Of a DNA stretch of 55,561 nt, positions 9,052 to 17,492 are shown piece by piece. Positions within the stretch are counted from its first letter, which is position 1. Each line of letters starts with the position of its first letter. Where the stretch lies: IMG/VR virus record IMGVR_UViG_3300029705_000157; one strand, given 5' to 3'. The DNA comes from a virus. The notes under the pieces are model-generated. The model had not been told where the DNA came from, did not search any database, and saw nothing but the letters and a program-made list of their open reading frames with translations. A program made the position numbers and the translations under genes.

Positions 9052-9999
9052 TTATGCGCCTGCGCCGTTTTCGTCATCTTCACCGCCTGCGCCGTTTTCG
9101 TCATCTTCACCGCCTGCGCCGTTTTCGTCATCTACAACTTCTTCGCCGATTGTACCAACAACCACACCATCGATACGCTCAGCAAACAATACGATACCAG
9201 ATACAACCGTATCAGATGCAGTCATATTTGTATAATCCGGTGTTTCATGAATGCCAATAAGACCGGTTTCATCTGATGTAAATTCAAATGCTTCATTAAG
9301 GTCCGCTCCATTTACAGGAATGTAATATAGTACAAGGTTGTCAGCTGCTGTAGCGTAAATCTTTCCTTTTGGAACAGAACTGTTGAAAATCACAGTACCC
9401 AGACCAAGAAAATCTTTTACATATTTCATACCGAATGCATTTTGAAGTGAAATGTTCGCAGTTGCTAAATAATCAGCTACGTCAAGCGGATTCATAAAAT
9501 ATACTGCCTGGATTTCATCATCTTCAAAAAGGACCTGAAGCTGTCCCCACGCTTGCGCAAGCGTTGCCTGGAATGTTTCTCCGTCCGCTTTTCCTGTACC
9601 TGTAGCTACAAAATCAAAAAATGCTTTTCTTACGCCCTTTTGAATGTCTTTAAGCATTGCATCTTTTGTCATAACTACTGCCTGATTATAACCTTTTTCG
9701 ATAATTGCTTCTGCTGATGTAGCTTTTCTCCACTTCTTCAGCGTGATTTCTTCAAAATCAACAGGCTCTGTCACATATTTAGATAACGGAATAAGATCGC
9801 CTTCTGCTACATTTCCATCCTGTAAAGTTCCTGTCGCTTTGTACGCTTTTAATACAGTACCTGCAACCTTTGGAATTTTTCTAGTTACGCCAAGGGCTTC
9901 CATAAGTTTTTTAATACTTTCACCAAAACGATAAGTGAAATCAATCTCTCTTGCTCTTGCAAGGTCTTCTTTTTTAATTAAATTTTCTTCTGCCGCCAT
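9052..9999 (-). CDS. Major capsid protein with a repetitive acidic C-terminal tail
   Basis: 315 aa, following the scaffold gene. The length and position fit an HK97-fold capsid protein. The C-terminus is (GGEDDENGA)x3. Confidence 0.8.
   Translation of the reverse strand: MAAEENLIKKEDLARAREIDFTYRFGESIKKLMEALGVTRKIPKVAGTVLKAYKATGTLQDGNVAEGDLIPLSKYVTEPVDFEEITLKKWRKATSAEAIIEKGYNQAVVMTKDAMLKDIQKGVRKAFFDFVATGTGKADGETFQATLAQAWGQLQVLFEDDEIQAVYFMNPLDVADYLATANISLQNAFGMKYVKDFLGLGTVIFNSSVPKGKIYATAADNLVLYYIPVNGADLNEAFEFTSDETGLIGIHETPDYTNMTASDTVVSGIVLFAERIDGVVVGTIGEEVVDDENGAGGEDDENGAGGEDDENGAGA
9058..9138 (-). repeat. Three tandem 27-bp coding repeats at the 3' end of the capsid gene
   Basis: The unit gcctgcgccgttttcgtcatcttcacc starts at 9058, 9085 and 9112. 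The last copy diverges at its end. Confidence 0.9.
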
Positions 10000-10013
10000 T
10001 TAATTATCCTCCA

Positions 10014-10562
10014 TTAAAATAAGTGTTGATTTTCAGCAATTGCCTTAACTCTTTCAGCGTGATCGCCAATCGCCATAATTTGCTCTTTTGTCATTGACGA
10101 ATATCTGCCATGCTGCACACGTGGTCTTTCTTTTAACCACTTAGCTTCGGCTTCGCCAACTGCTTTTTTACATTCAGCTGCAATAATTTGTGCTATTGCA
10201 GAATGATCAGCATCGGAAACCGCTTCGATCAACTTTTCTACAGTTTTTTCATCCGAAACAGCCTTATACGCATTAACAGCTTTTATATGGTTTAACTCTT
10301 TCTTTAAGCTGTCTCTCTCTTCATCTGCTATTCTCTGTGCTTCTTTTTGGGCTTCTGCTTCTTGCTCTTCTGCCGTTAGTTTTGCTCTTAGCTGACGCTT
10401 CATTTCGGCTTCAGACTTGCTAAGCTTATCATTTGCAGTTTTATATTTTTCTGCATCAGCTTTAGCAGTGGCCAATTGCGCCATCAATTCTTCAACTGTA
10501 GGCGTTGTTTTTGTTTCCTGTGTTTCTTCTGTTGTTACTTTGGTTTCTTCTGCCATAACCAT
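10014..10562 (-). CDS. Capsid scaffolding protein
   Basis: Acidic, coiled-coil-rich 182 aa between the portal and capsid genes. Confidence 0.65.
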   Translation of the reverse strand: MVMAEETKVTTEETQETKTTPTVEELMAQLATAKADAEKYKTANDKLSKSEAEMKRQLRAKLTAEEQEAEAQKEAQRIADEERDSLKKELNHIKAVNAYKAVSDEKTVEKLIEAVSDADHSAIAQIIAAECKKAVGEAEAKWLKERPRVQHGRYSSMTKEQIMAIGDHAERVKAIAENQHLF

Positions 10563-10633
10563 TTACCTCTTCTTTCTGCGATTTAAGTCTTCTCTGACTT
10601 TTGCGTGATTTACGACATTCTCTTGTCGAATAT

Positions 10634-10658
10634 AAAAAGCACTGGGCTAACCCAGTGC
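10634..10658 (-). terminator. Intrinsic terminator after the portal gene
   Basis: On the minus strand, GCACTGGG-ttag-CCCAGTGC (8 bp) is followed by TTTTT. Confidence 0.6.
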
Positions 10659-10668
10659 TAAATTATTT

Positions 10669-12186
10669 TTATTTAGTTTCAATGTTTGGACTGTTATTTA
10701 TTTGATCAGAATTGTCCGGAGACAACCTGTCTTTATTTGGTTTCTCTTCATCAAGTCCGCCAACAGGAGCATTTTCTTTCCTGTTAAATACACTTTCTAA
10801 ATACATATGCATTGTATCCCTGCTGTTGTTTGCCACTTGTTGCGGATCATCAAACAAATTAATAGCCATCAACATATCTTTATAGTTAATTCCATGACTT
10901 ACACCAGTTGCAAATGCATTTATTTTTGTAGTCATCTCGTATGTTTTTTGCCTTTTTATGCTTACTTTTACATCCACAGCCTTAAGACTCATCAACGGAT
11001 GATTAACTGGAAATCCAGGACATTCTCTTATTGCGTTTAATACAACTTTTAACTCATTTATTTTGAATAACTCTTTTAACTGATCCTGTTTTGTAGCTTC
11101 AACTTCTGCTTGAGTCCATCCTGTTGCGTCACTCATTGCAATTCCAGTAGACCCACCGCTATTATCGTTTCTGCTAGGCACATTGCATTTTTGCAATATC
11201 AAACTTCTTCTCGTAATGATGTTGTTTAACATTCCAGAATAGTCATAATTTATGGAAAGAGGATTAACAAATGGAGTTTTTCCATCTCTTGATGTGAATG
11301 TAAGCATCCAATCATTTGTTTTCGGCTTTATAACCTTTTCTTCCGTCGTTCCGTCTTCATTTCTAACGATTGTTTTCGGAAAATCCACATCATTTGCGTG
11401 CCAAACAGCCTGTGTGTTTTGTTCCACATCATTTGTAAAATCTGAAATCAGCAAATTTAAATTATCCATTTCAGATATTTGTCTTTCAAAACAACCCATT
11501 CTGTCATATGATCTAAACCATTCCGTAATAGGAAACTCACCTATTGGATTTTTTTCTCCACTTTTCTGTTTGTGTTCAAAAAGATTGTTTAATTCATATC
11601 TTGAATCTTTTGTAAAACAAGAATATTGTTTCTCGCCTTTTTCATTGCATGAAAAAGACACATCTACCATCGTTCTTTTATCCACATGGTAACTGGATTT
11701 TATCTTAAAAGTACAACGCGGGTCTAATGTGTCGATGGTAAAAGGGCTTTCGCCTTCTTTATATTCCGTATTGACATCTATGTATGTGTACCCAAGTCCG
11801 CATATCTCCACATATCGTGCAAGTTCTTGTTGCTTCGCTCTATTTCCTTGTATTTCATAAAATATGTTCAGATCAGAAACAGCCCTTGGTATGTTGTTAT
11901 CAGTATTTATGTTTTCTCTCATTACAAAAGTCATCGGATTTCCCCAACCAAAATTCAATTTAAAATCCGATATTTCATTTGCAACATTATCAATACACTC
12001 ACAATCAATATCTGGACGATAAGACTTTTTTCTTTTAATTGGTTGAATCCCAGACTCATACATCAATAAGAAATTCATCATTGCAACATTTTTTTCGTGC
12101 TCAACCATAGCTTTCCTTACAATGTCACCAATATTTTCTCTTGTTATAATTTCTTCATCCGTAAATATTTCGACTCTTCCAAACAC
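10669..12186 (-). CDS. Portal protein
   Basis: 505 aa, downstream of the large terminase and upstream of the scaffold. The size and order are typical of SPP1-like portals. Confidence 0.85.
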   Translation of the reverse strand: MFGRVEIFTDEEIITRENIGDIVRKAMVEHEKNVAMMNFLLMYESGIQPIKRKKSYRPDIDCECIDNVANEISDFKLNFGWGNPMTFVMRENINTDNNIPRAVSDLNIFYEIQGNRAKQQELARYVEICGLGYTYIDVNTEYKEGESPFTIDTLDPRCTFKIKSSYHVDKRTMVDVSFSCNEKGEKQYSCFTKDSRYELNNLFEHKQKSGEKNPIGEFPITEWFRSYDRMGCFERQISEMDNLNLLISDFTNDVEQNTQAVWHANDVDFPKTIVRNEDGTTEEKVIKPKTNDWMLTFTSRDGKTPFVNPLSINYDYSGMLNNIITRRSLILQKCNVPSRNDNSGGSTGIAMSDATGWTQAEVEATKQDQLKELFKINELKVVLNAIRECPGFPVNHPLMSLKAVDVKVSIKRQKTYEMTTKINAFATGVSHGINYKDMLMAINLFDDPQQVANNSRDTMHMYLESVFNRKENAPVGGLDEEKPNKDRLSPDNSDQINNSPNIETK

Positions 12187-12190
12187 TTTA

Positions 12191-12400
12191 TTACCTCGTA
12201 CCAGCTTTCAAACCAGAACTTGATGTTCTTGGCGGAATTTTTTTAATTTCCGTTTTATCAGATTCCGGGTTGTAAACTATTCTTTTATTGCATTTCTTGC
12301 AATTGTTTCCAATAATCATTGAATGTCTTCCGTCATAAGTCATTACTTTTCGACCGCACAACGGACAATATATTGTTTTTGGTCTTATTTTCTTTTTCAT
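12191..12400 (-). CDS. Small Zn-ribbon protein
   Basis: CPLCGRKV...NCKKCNKR, i.e. two CxxC pairs. Confidence 0.4.
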   Translation of the reverse strand: MKKKIRPKTIYCPLCGRKVMTYDGRHSMIIGNNCKKCNKRIVYNPESDKTEIKKIPPRTSSSGLKAGTR

Positions 12401-12412
12401 AAAATCACCCAT

Positions 12413-12440
12413 AAAAAAGACACCGGTTTCCCGATGTCTT
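12413..12440 (-). terminator. Intrinsic terminator
   Basis: On the minus strand, AGACATCGG-gaaa-CCGGTGTCT (one mismatch) is followed by TTTTTT. Confidence 0.55.
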
Positions 12441-12502
12441 TAAATTAAACAATTTCTTCAGTTTAAACATTAACACATTTTGTCGTTGCAATCGTTGCAA
12501 CT

Positions 12503-12982
12503 TTAATTGTTTTGCATAAATCTATGAAATGATGACTTGACACCGTTTTCTGTGTTGCCACCACCCATCCGATTTGCCACCTGGATCCATGATAAATTTT
12601 CAATAAACTTTAAATTTATGATTCTTCGCATTCGGCTATCGTCTATACTGGATATAAATTCCTCAACATCACTTATTTTTTCTGTGATTTCAAATTCCAG
12701 TATCTCTAAAATGGACTTTCTCTGATTTAACATCAGTTTTTTTGATAAAAGTTCAGTTCTTTTTTTCTGGTATTCTTCAGTCGGAACACCTTCAACGGTA
12801 AAACTTTGAATCCCACCAAGCCCACCACGGACCTTATCTTTTACCACTTCTCCATCTTCAATCTTTTTTATTTTTTCTTCAAGTTTCGGAATCCGATCTT
12901 CCAAATAAGCTATTTTATTTCTAACTTCTTCTTTTTCTTTCAATAAATCAGAGTATTGTGTAAGAATTTCCTTAGTAATCAT
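12503..12982 (-). CDS. Sigma-70 region-4-like / DUF1492-like DNA-binding protein (possible late regulator)
   Basis: N-terminal coiled coil. C-terminal RRIINLKFIENLSWIQVANRMG resembles a sigma region-4 helix-turn-helix. Confidence 0.45.
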   Translation of the reverse strand: MITKEILTQYSDLLKEKEEVRNKIAYLEDRIPKLEEKIKKIEDGEVVKDKVRGGLGGIQSFTVEGVPTEEYQKKRTELLSKKLMLNQRKSILEILEFEITEKISDVEEFISSIDDSRMRRIINLKFIENLSWIQVANRMGGGNTENGVKSSFHRFMQNN

Positions 12983-12993
12983 ATACGCACCTC

Positions 12994-14751
12994 CTATAAA
13001 TATCCGTGCATAATTTTGCTTTCTCTTGGCGTGCTTCTCATTTCATTCTCCAAAAGTGCAAGTGAATCCGGCGCATCATCATGTTTTACTTTTCCACTTC
13101 TTGTCATAGTTGTAAGTTCGCGCATGAACTTTCCGTATTGACTATTTCTTTCGTATTTGCTTTTATCCAAAAAATAATAATCACGAATTATGTTGTCCCT
13201 GGCATTTTCCATTCTCGTTATTTTGTTAGCACAATTAAATTTATACCGATCACTACAACGACCACCCAACTTTTTCACTATGTCAATTACATCTCGACCA
13301 AAATATTCACCGGCACTATTACTTTCAAACACAACCGTTTTTACATTGTGTTTTACGATCGCATTTGCACATTCCGGTTTTGTATGTTCAACACCGGAAT
13401 TGTCAAATACAACATCGACTATAAACACTTCATTTCCGTAAACATAGGCTATTGGCATTGAACAGCTATCATCGCCTTTATCAGCACAGTCACACGCTGC
13501 CATAATCGCATCCGGTTCTCTATCAACTGGCAATTCCGTGAAATATTTCAGTTTATCAGCTGGAAACATTCGTCCTTTTGCTTCAAATGGTTCTTGCTGA
13601 AACTCTGCAGCCCATGTTTCTTCCGTTACAAGCATTCGTTCCTTTCGGTAATAGTCCGTTGTAAATATTTTTCTGCCCTCTTTATTAGTGATTTCCCAGT
13701 TACTTTCATCTGTGATCGGGTCCAATGCTGGTATCGCGACTTCTCTCCATCTCCATCCGAGTTCGTCTGCTTTTCCTTGTAAATAAGTTATAGGGTCATA
13801 CAAACTATACTTTGTTCCCTGTATGATTATCGGAGTACCTTCGATTCTTCGCCCCATTACGTCATCGGTAACTTTTTCACAAAGAAAATCCAATCTGTCT
13901 CTGTTTCTCGCTTCTTCATGATTCTTAACGCAGTCATCTATGTACAAAAGAACATTAGCTTCAGTATTTCCGACAATAGAACCGTCAATAGGACGACACG
14001 TAAATGTGGCAAATCTTCTTTTTTTACCAAGGTGTATAGTCATTTCATCGGCATTTTGTCCGACTTTTACAGCATCTGGGAAAATATTAAGGTATCTTTT
14101 ATACATGCCTTCATCGTCAAAAGTTTCATTTATTCCACCAAAAAACGATTTAACAAGCCCTTCTCCTTTTCCAGTGGCGAATATACTGCCATCCGGTTTT
14201 CGACCGCCCATCATAAGACTTAATCTAAGCCCCGATGTCGTTTTTCCTGTTCTTTTAGGCTGAGATACCGATAAAAAATCAAGCTTTCCTTCATAAACTT
14301 CCTGATAAGCACCTATAATCGGTTTTAATCTATCTCTTCTAGGCAAATAGAAACGCTTATATGGATCCTTTTCATCACATTCAAGATACAAAAAGAATGA
14401 ATCCACTAAATACGGTGCTTCATAACCGACAACATCATAAAAATCGTTTATGACTTTGTATTCCGTCTTGTTTTTGGCACTGAAAACTTCCAAATCAAGA
14501 AGTGTACCGCCTGTTTGCTTCATAACCAGTTGATTTAAGAACGATTTTGCATTTTTCGATACTTCAAGACCATTTGTTATATCTTCTTTTATTGCAAACT
14601 CGCTGGCCATACAGTACGCTTCCACAAGTTCAGCAGACAATCCATACCTGTCATAATGCTGCTTGTACCCGTCTAATGTTGTCTGTAATTGTTTACTAAA
14701 CATAAAAAAGGCACACCACCTTTCTTTTAAATAAAAAAAGTAATGCGCCAT
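12994..14751 (-). CDS. terL: Terminase large subunit
   Basis: Walker A SQPKRTGKTT, Walker B-like VLLYIDD, and nuclease-domain acidic motifs CDCADKGDD and HDDAPDS. The likely true start is M17 at 14703. Confidence 0.9.
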   Translation of the reverse strand: MAHYFFYLKERWCAFFMFSKQLQTTLDGYKQHYDRYGLSAELVEAYCMASEFAIKEDITNGLEVSKNAKSFLNQLVMKQTGGTLLDLEVFSAKNKTEYKVINDFYDVVGYEAPYLVDSFFLYLECDEKDPYKRFYLPRRDRLKPIIGAYQEVYEGKLDFLSVSQPKRTGKTTSGLRLSLMMGGRKPDGSIFATGKGEGLVKSFFGGINETFDDEGMYKRYLNIFPDAVKVGQNADEMTIHLGKKRRFATFTCRPIDGSIVGNTEANVLLYIDDCVKNHEEARNRDRLDFLCEKVTDDVMGRRIEGTPIIIQGTKYSLYDPITYLQGKADELGWRWREVAIPALDPITDESNWEITNKEGRKIFTTDYYRKERMLVTEETWAAEFQQEPFEAKGRMFPADKLKYFTELPVDREPDAIMAACDCADKGDDSCSMPIAYVYGNEVFIVDVVFDNSGVEHTKPECANAIVKHNVKTVVFESNSAGEYFGRDVIDIVKKLGGRCSDRYKFNCANKITRMENARDNIIRDYYFLDKSKYERNSQYGKFMRELTTMTRSGKVKHDDAPDSLALLENEMRSTPRESKIMHGYL

Positions 14752-14799
14752 TTTGCATTGTTCATATCACTCCATATCGGATATGCTATCTCTATTCTG

Positions 14800-14946
14800 T
14801 TATCTACATACTACTTTTTTTGAAATTTCCGCAACACTTACTCCTGTAGATGTTTTTCTGACTTCCACATCTCTTCCCCTGTGTAATGCCTTTGCTATCG
14901 CATCAGCATTTTCAATAATTTTTAACTTCAGTTCTTTTTCGCTCAT
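14800..14946 (-). CDS. 48-aa hypothetical protein, below the cutoff of the ORF track
   Basis: MSEKELKLKIIENADAIAKALHRGRDVEVRKTSTGVSVAEISKKVVCR. Its ATG overlaps the stop of the upstream gene (ATGA). Confidence 0.3.
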   Translation of the reverse strand: MSEKELKLKIIENADAIAKALHRGRDVEVRKTSTGVSVAEISKKVVCR

Positions 14947-15173
14947 GATAAAGCACCTCCGTTTTTGTAAACTTTAAATCCCTGTTCTTCATATTTTTTT
15001 ACTGCTTTATCAAGTCCCGACTTTGTTTTGTATCTATGATTTTTTAATTCGCATATTCCTTCTTTTTCAACAGCATATATTCCATACGGAACGTATTTGC
15101 TTGCAGCTGTTAAAACTCCGGCTTTTTGCGACTTATCCATTTCGTACACTGTTCCGTTAATTATTACTTTCAA
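14943..15173 (-). CDS. Hypothetical protein
   Basis: 76-aa ORF, co-oriented and tightly packed. Confidence 0.4.
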   Translation of the reverse strand: MKVIINGTVYEMDKSQKAGVLTAASKYVPYGIYAVEKEGICELKNHRYKTKSGLDKAVKKYEEQGFKVYKNGGALS

Positions 15174-15468
15174 AATCCATCTCCATAATCATTCTATTAA
15201 CATCTCTAAACAATTCCGTATCAAGAATCATATTTCCACCAGCATTTGTTGTTTCACGAATTACCCAATCATAATACCATAATGCTTTTTTCAAATCCTG
15301 TTCTTTGGAATTACCGTCTTTCTCTCCAGCACGATACAAATACTTGTATGTATTCAGCAAACAAAATACCGAAGTTTTAAATAATCCGTATCTTTCATGC
15401 ATCTCTACAATGCATTCTTTCCTCCCTGGTTTGTTATAGTGTGTCGTGTGGTTTACGTTATTTTTCAT
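15157..15468 (-). CDS. DUF3310-like phage protein
   Basis: HYNKPGRKECIVEM...LLNTYKYLYRAGEK...DLKKALWY pattern. GAGGGT lies before the ATG of MKNNVNH. Confidence 0.45.
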   Translation of the reverse strand: MKNNVNHTTHYNKPGRKECIVEMHERYGLFKTSVFCLLNTYKYLYRAGEKDGNSKEQDLKKALWYYDWVIRETTNAGGNMILDTELFRDVNRMIMEMDFESNN

Positions 15469-15760
15469 CAAATACCCTCGCAAAATTTTCCATATCATAC
15501 GTTTCTCTTATGTGATCAACACACTTCTTCAGATTTTCTTTCAAAAATTCGTCCGTAATCAATTCCGGATGCAATGTGTAAAACGCACAAGAATTTTCAT
15601 TTCCGTGTTCTTTCCATTTTCGATAATTAAATGTCATTGTGAATAATGGAATCATGGTCAAATCTTTTGTTTTTCTTCTGTAGTACCAGTTAATTAGTTT
15701 TTTAATCATTCCCATGCACCTCATTCCAAATATCGCAAAACTCTTTAAATTCTCCCACAT
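15458..15760 (-). CDS. Hypothetical protein
   Basis: 100-aa ORF in the small-gene block. Confidence 0.3.
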   Translation of the reverse strand: MWENLKSFAIFGMRCMGMIKKLINWYYRRKTKDLTMIPLFTMTFNYRKWKEHGNENSCAFYTLHPELITDEFLKENLKKCVDHIRETYDMENFARVFDEK

Positions 15761-15992
15761 CCATCAATCGTGCAATTTCTTCTTTGTTCGACACGTGTAC
15801 AATCGCCGCACCTTCAACATTTGGAACCGCACAAATCTCTAATTCAACTACTGGATATTCGCCTACGCACTGACTTATGGTATATCCGGCACATCGAACA
15901 TTATTGCCGTCAATAGATAGTTTTGGCCAATAACCATTTTCTGTTATTGGTTCTATTTTTAACTTGTGCATCAATAATTCCACTCCCCTCAA
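15702..15992 (-). CDS. Hypothetical protein
   Basis: 96-aa ORF. The start is possibly at MHKLKIEP. Confidence 0.3.
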   Translation of the reverse strand: MRGVELLMHKLKIEPITENGYWPKLSIDGNNVRCAGYTISQCVGEYPVVELEICAVPNVEGAAIVHVSNKEEIARLMDVGEFKEFCDIWNEVHGND

Positions 15993-16133
15993 GACAAAAC
16001 AATTAAAATCAATGCCGCCACTCCATCGTATATGGTTTTTGTTTCATGTTTATTTCCAGTAAAAAATTTCCACAAAAAACAACCCCAACAATTTTGCAAA
16101 TAATAGTTCCGATTATTCCAATCAATTCTAAAT

Positions 16134-16616
16134 TCAAACTCCCACCGCCTTATTGTGCTTACAGTAAATCAATAAATGTTCTGCAATCTGTTCAAGTTCA
16201 TCAACTTCGTATTTTTGAGAAACTGTAGTATCTCCAAGTCCACAAAAAGATTTTTCTATGGGACTTGTCTCTCTTTCGTATGTGAGATTTATCAAACATT
16301 CCGCAGCAGATATCGGGTCAAATAGCAAATCATCTTCTTTCGAGGTTATTCCAGCTTTTATTTTTAAAAGATTTTCTTTTACTGCAAGTTCAGATTCAAG
16401 TTCCTTTATTTTGTTTTCAAGGTCTTTTCGGTCACATCCATTTAATACCAATTCTTTACCGCAATACGGACAATAATCTATTGATATACATTGCGAACCA
16501 ATAACAGACTTGTCTTTATATGATATATACTTTTTTTTATTTATTTCAATAATCATCCATCTATAGTTTGGACCTTCATCAATTACTTTTTCTTTTCCAT
16601 CACAAAATTCACACAT
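16134..16616 (-). CDS. Zn-ribbon plus coiled-coil hypothetical protein
   Basis: MCEFCDGK...CPYCGKEL Cys pairs, then a heptad-rich segment. Confidence 0.4.
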   Translation of the reverse strand: MCEFCDGKEKVIDEGPNYRWMIIEINKKKYISYKDKSVIGSQCISIDYCPYCGKELVLNGCDRKDLENKIKELESELAVKENLLKIKAGITSKEDDLLFDPISAAECLINLTYERETSPIEKSFCGLGDTTVSQKYEVDELEQIAEHLLIYCKHNKAVGV

Positions 16617-16639
16617 ACAACACCTCCAGAATTAAATAA

Positions 16640-16712
16640 TGGGCCATGTAGGACTCGAACCTACAATTCCAGGAATCAAAATCCTGTGCCGTACCGTTTT
16701 GGCTATATCGCT
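16640..16712 (-). tRNA. tRNA-Gln(UUG)-like element whose acceptor stem does not pair (truncated or pseudo-tRNA)
   Basis: Minus strand: AGCGATA TA GCC AAAACGGTAC GGC A CAGGA TTTTGAT TCCTG GAATT GTAGG TTCGAGT CCTAC ATGGCCC A. The D, anticodon and T arms fold. Only 1 of 7 acceptor pairs forms. Confidence 0.45.
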
Positions 16713-16720
16713 AATTTTTA

Positions 16721-16876
16721 TCAAATCGAGTGCACATCCTCATAATCATCACATACGAATTTGCATTCCGTATAATCAGACTCGTATTCGCCTTGCTCCT
16801 TTGTACATACATATCCGGTTTTCTTTTCGTATTTTCCGTGCTTACACGTTCCACAACATTCTTTTGAATCACACAT
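16721..16876 (-). CDS. 51-aa Cys-rich hypothetical protein, below the cutoff of the ORF track
   Basis: MCDSKECCGTCKHGKYEKKTGYVCTKEQGEYESDYTECKFVCDDYEDVHSI. Confidence 0.3.
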   Translation of the reverse strand: MCDSKECCGTCKHGKYEKKTGYVCTKEQGEYESDYTECKFVCDDYEDVHSI

Positions 16877-16888
16877 GATCATTTCCTC

Positions 16889-17227
16889 CTACATAATTCC
16901 TAATTCGTCATATGCCTTGTATATCTTCGGTGACTGTATCGCAAACCAGTCAATTACCGTTTCATCGTGGCCGATATAACAATCATGTTTCCAGTTGAAC
17001 CCCAGTCCGCTTTCATACATGAATGCATGTATTATCTCGTGTCGCAACACTTTCTTTTGCATTTCCAGAAAATCGCCGATTCCATTTACATTGTCTTCTC
17101 TCAGATAAATTTTCCGACAACTAAAATCGGTTTCTCCGTCAATATCTTCTTCTCCGTATTTCTTCGGCAGTATCGTGTATTCAGTTCCTAAAATGCTTAT
17201 TGTCTTAAACTCATTTGTTGCTATCAT
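16889..17227 (-). CDS. Small HExxH metallopeptidase-like protein
   Basis: LRHEIIHAFMYESG motif. It is a paralogue of 21662..21979; the shared pattern is DF..R.(I/V)YL...HE(I/V).H. Confidence 0.5.
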   Translation of the reverse strand: MIATNEFKTISILGTEYTILPKKYGEEDIDGETDFSCRKIYLREDNVNGIGDFLEMQKKVLRHEIIHAFMYESGLGFNWKHDCYIGHDETVIDWFAIQSPKIYKAYDELGIM

Positions 17228-17283
17228 ACAGACCCCTTTTTTATTTTTGAAAAATTTTTGAAAGACCCCTTTTTGTTTTTGTC

Positions 17284-17338
17284 GGTGGTTCGGGGACTTA
17301 GTAGGAGGCTTTTTAAAAAGCTACTAGACCCCCACCCG
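17284..17338. promoter_or_regulatory. Imperfect palindrome of about 55 bp centred on GCTTTTTAAAAAGC
   Basis: Perfect 14-bp palindrome at 17308..17321. The arms are GGTGGttcGGGGacTTAGTAG and CTACTAGaCCCCCaCC. Confidence 0.5.
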
Positions 17339-17492
17339 GCTTGTTCCGTTCAGCTTCCCACTGATCCGGAATTTTAATCATGTATTGTAATTACATATCA
17401 TCTATACGACAAACATATATTTGTCCAATAGATAAACCACTATATCTTGTGGTGTTTATTTTCATACCACTATATATTGATTTTATGGTTTT

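Noticed and set aside
12485-12501. Hairpin GTTGCAA-tcg-TTGCAAC as a terminator
   Set aside because: There is no T-run after it on the minus strand. The real terminator candidate is the next hairpin at 12413..12440.
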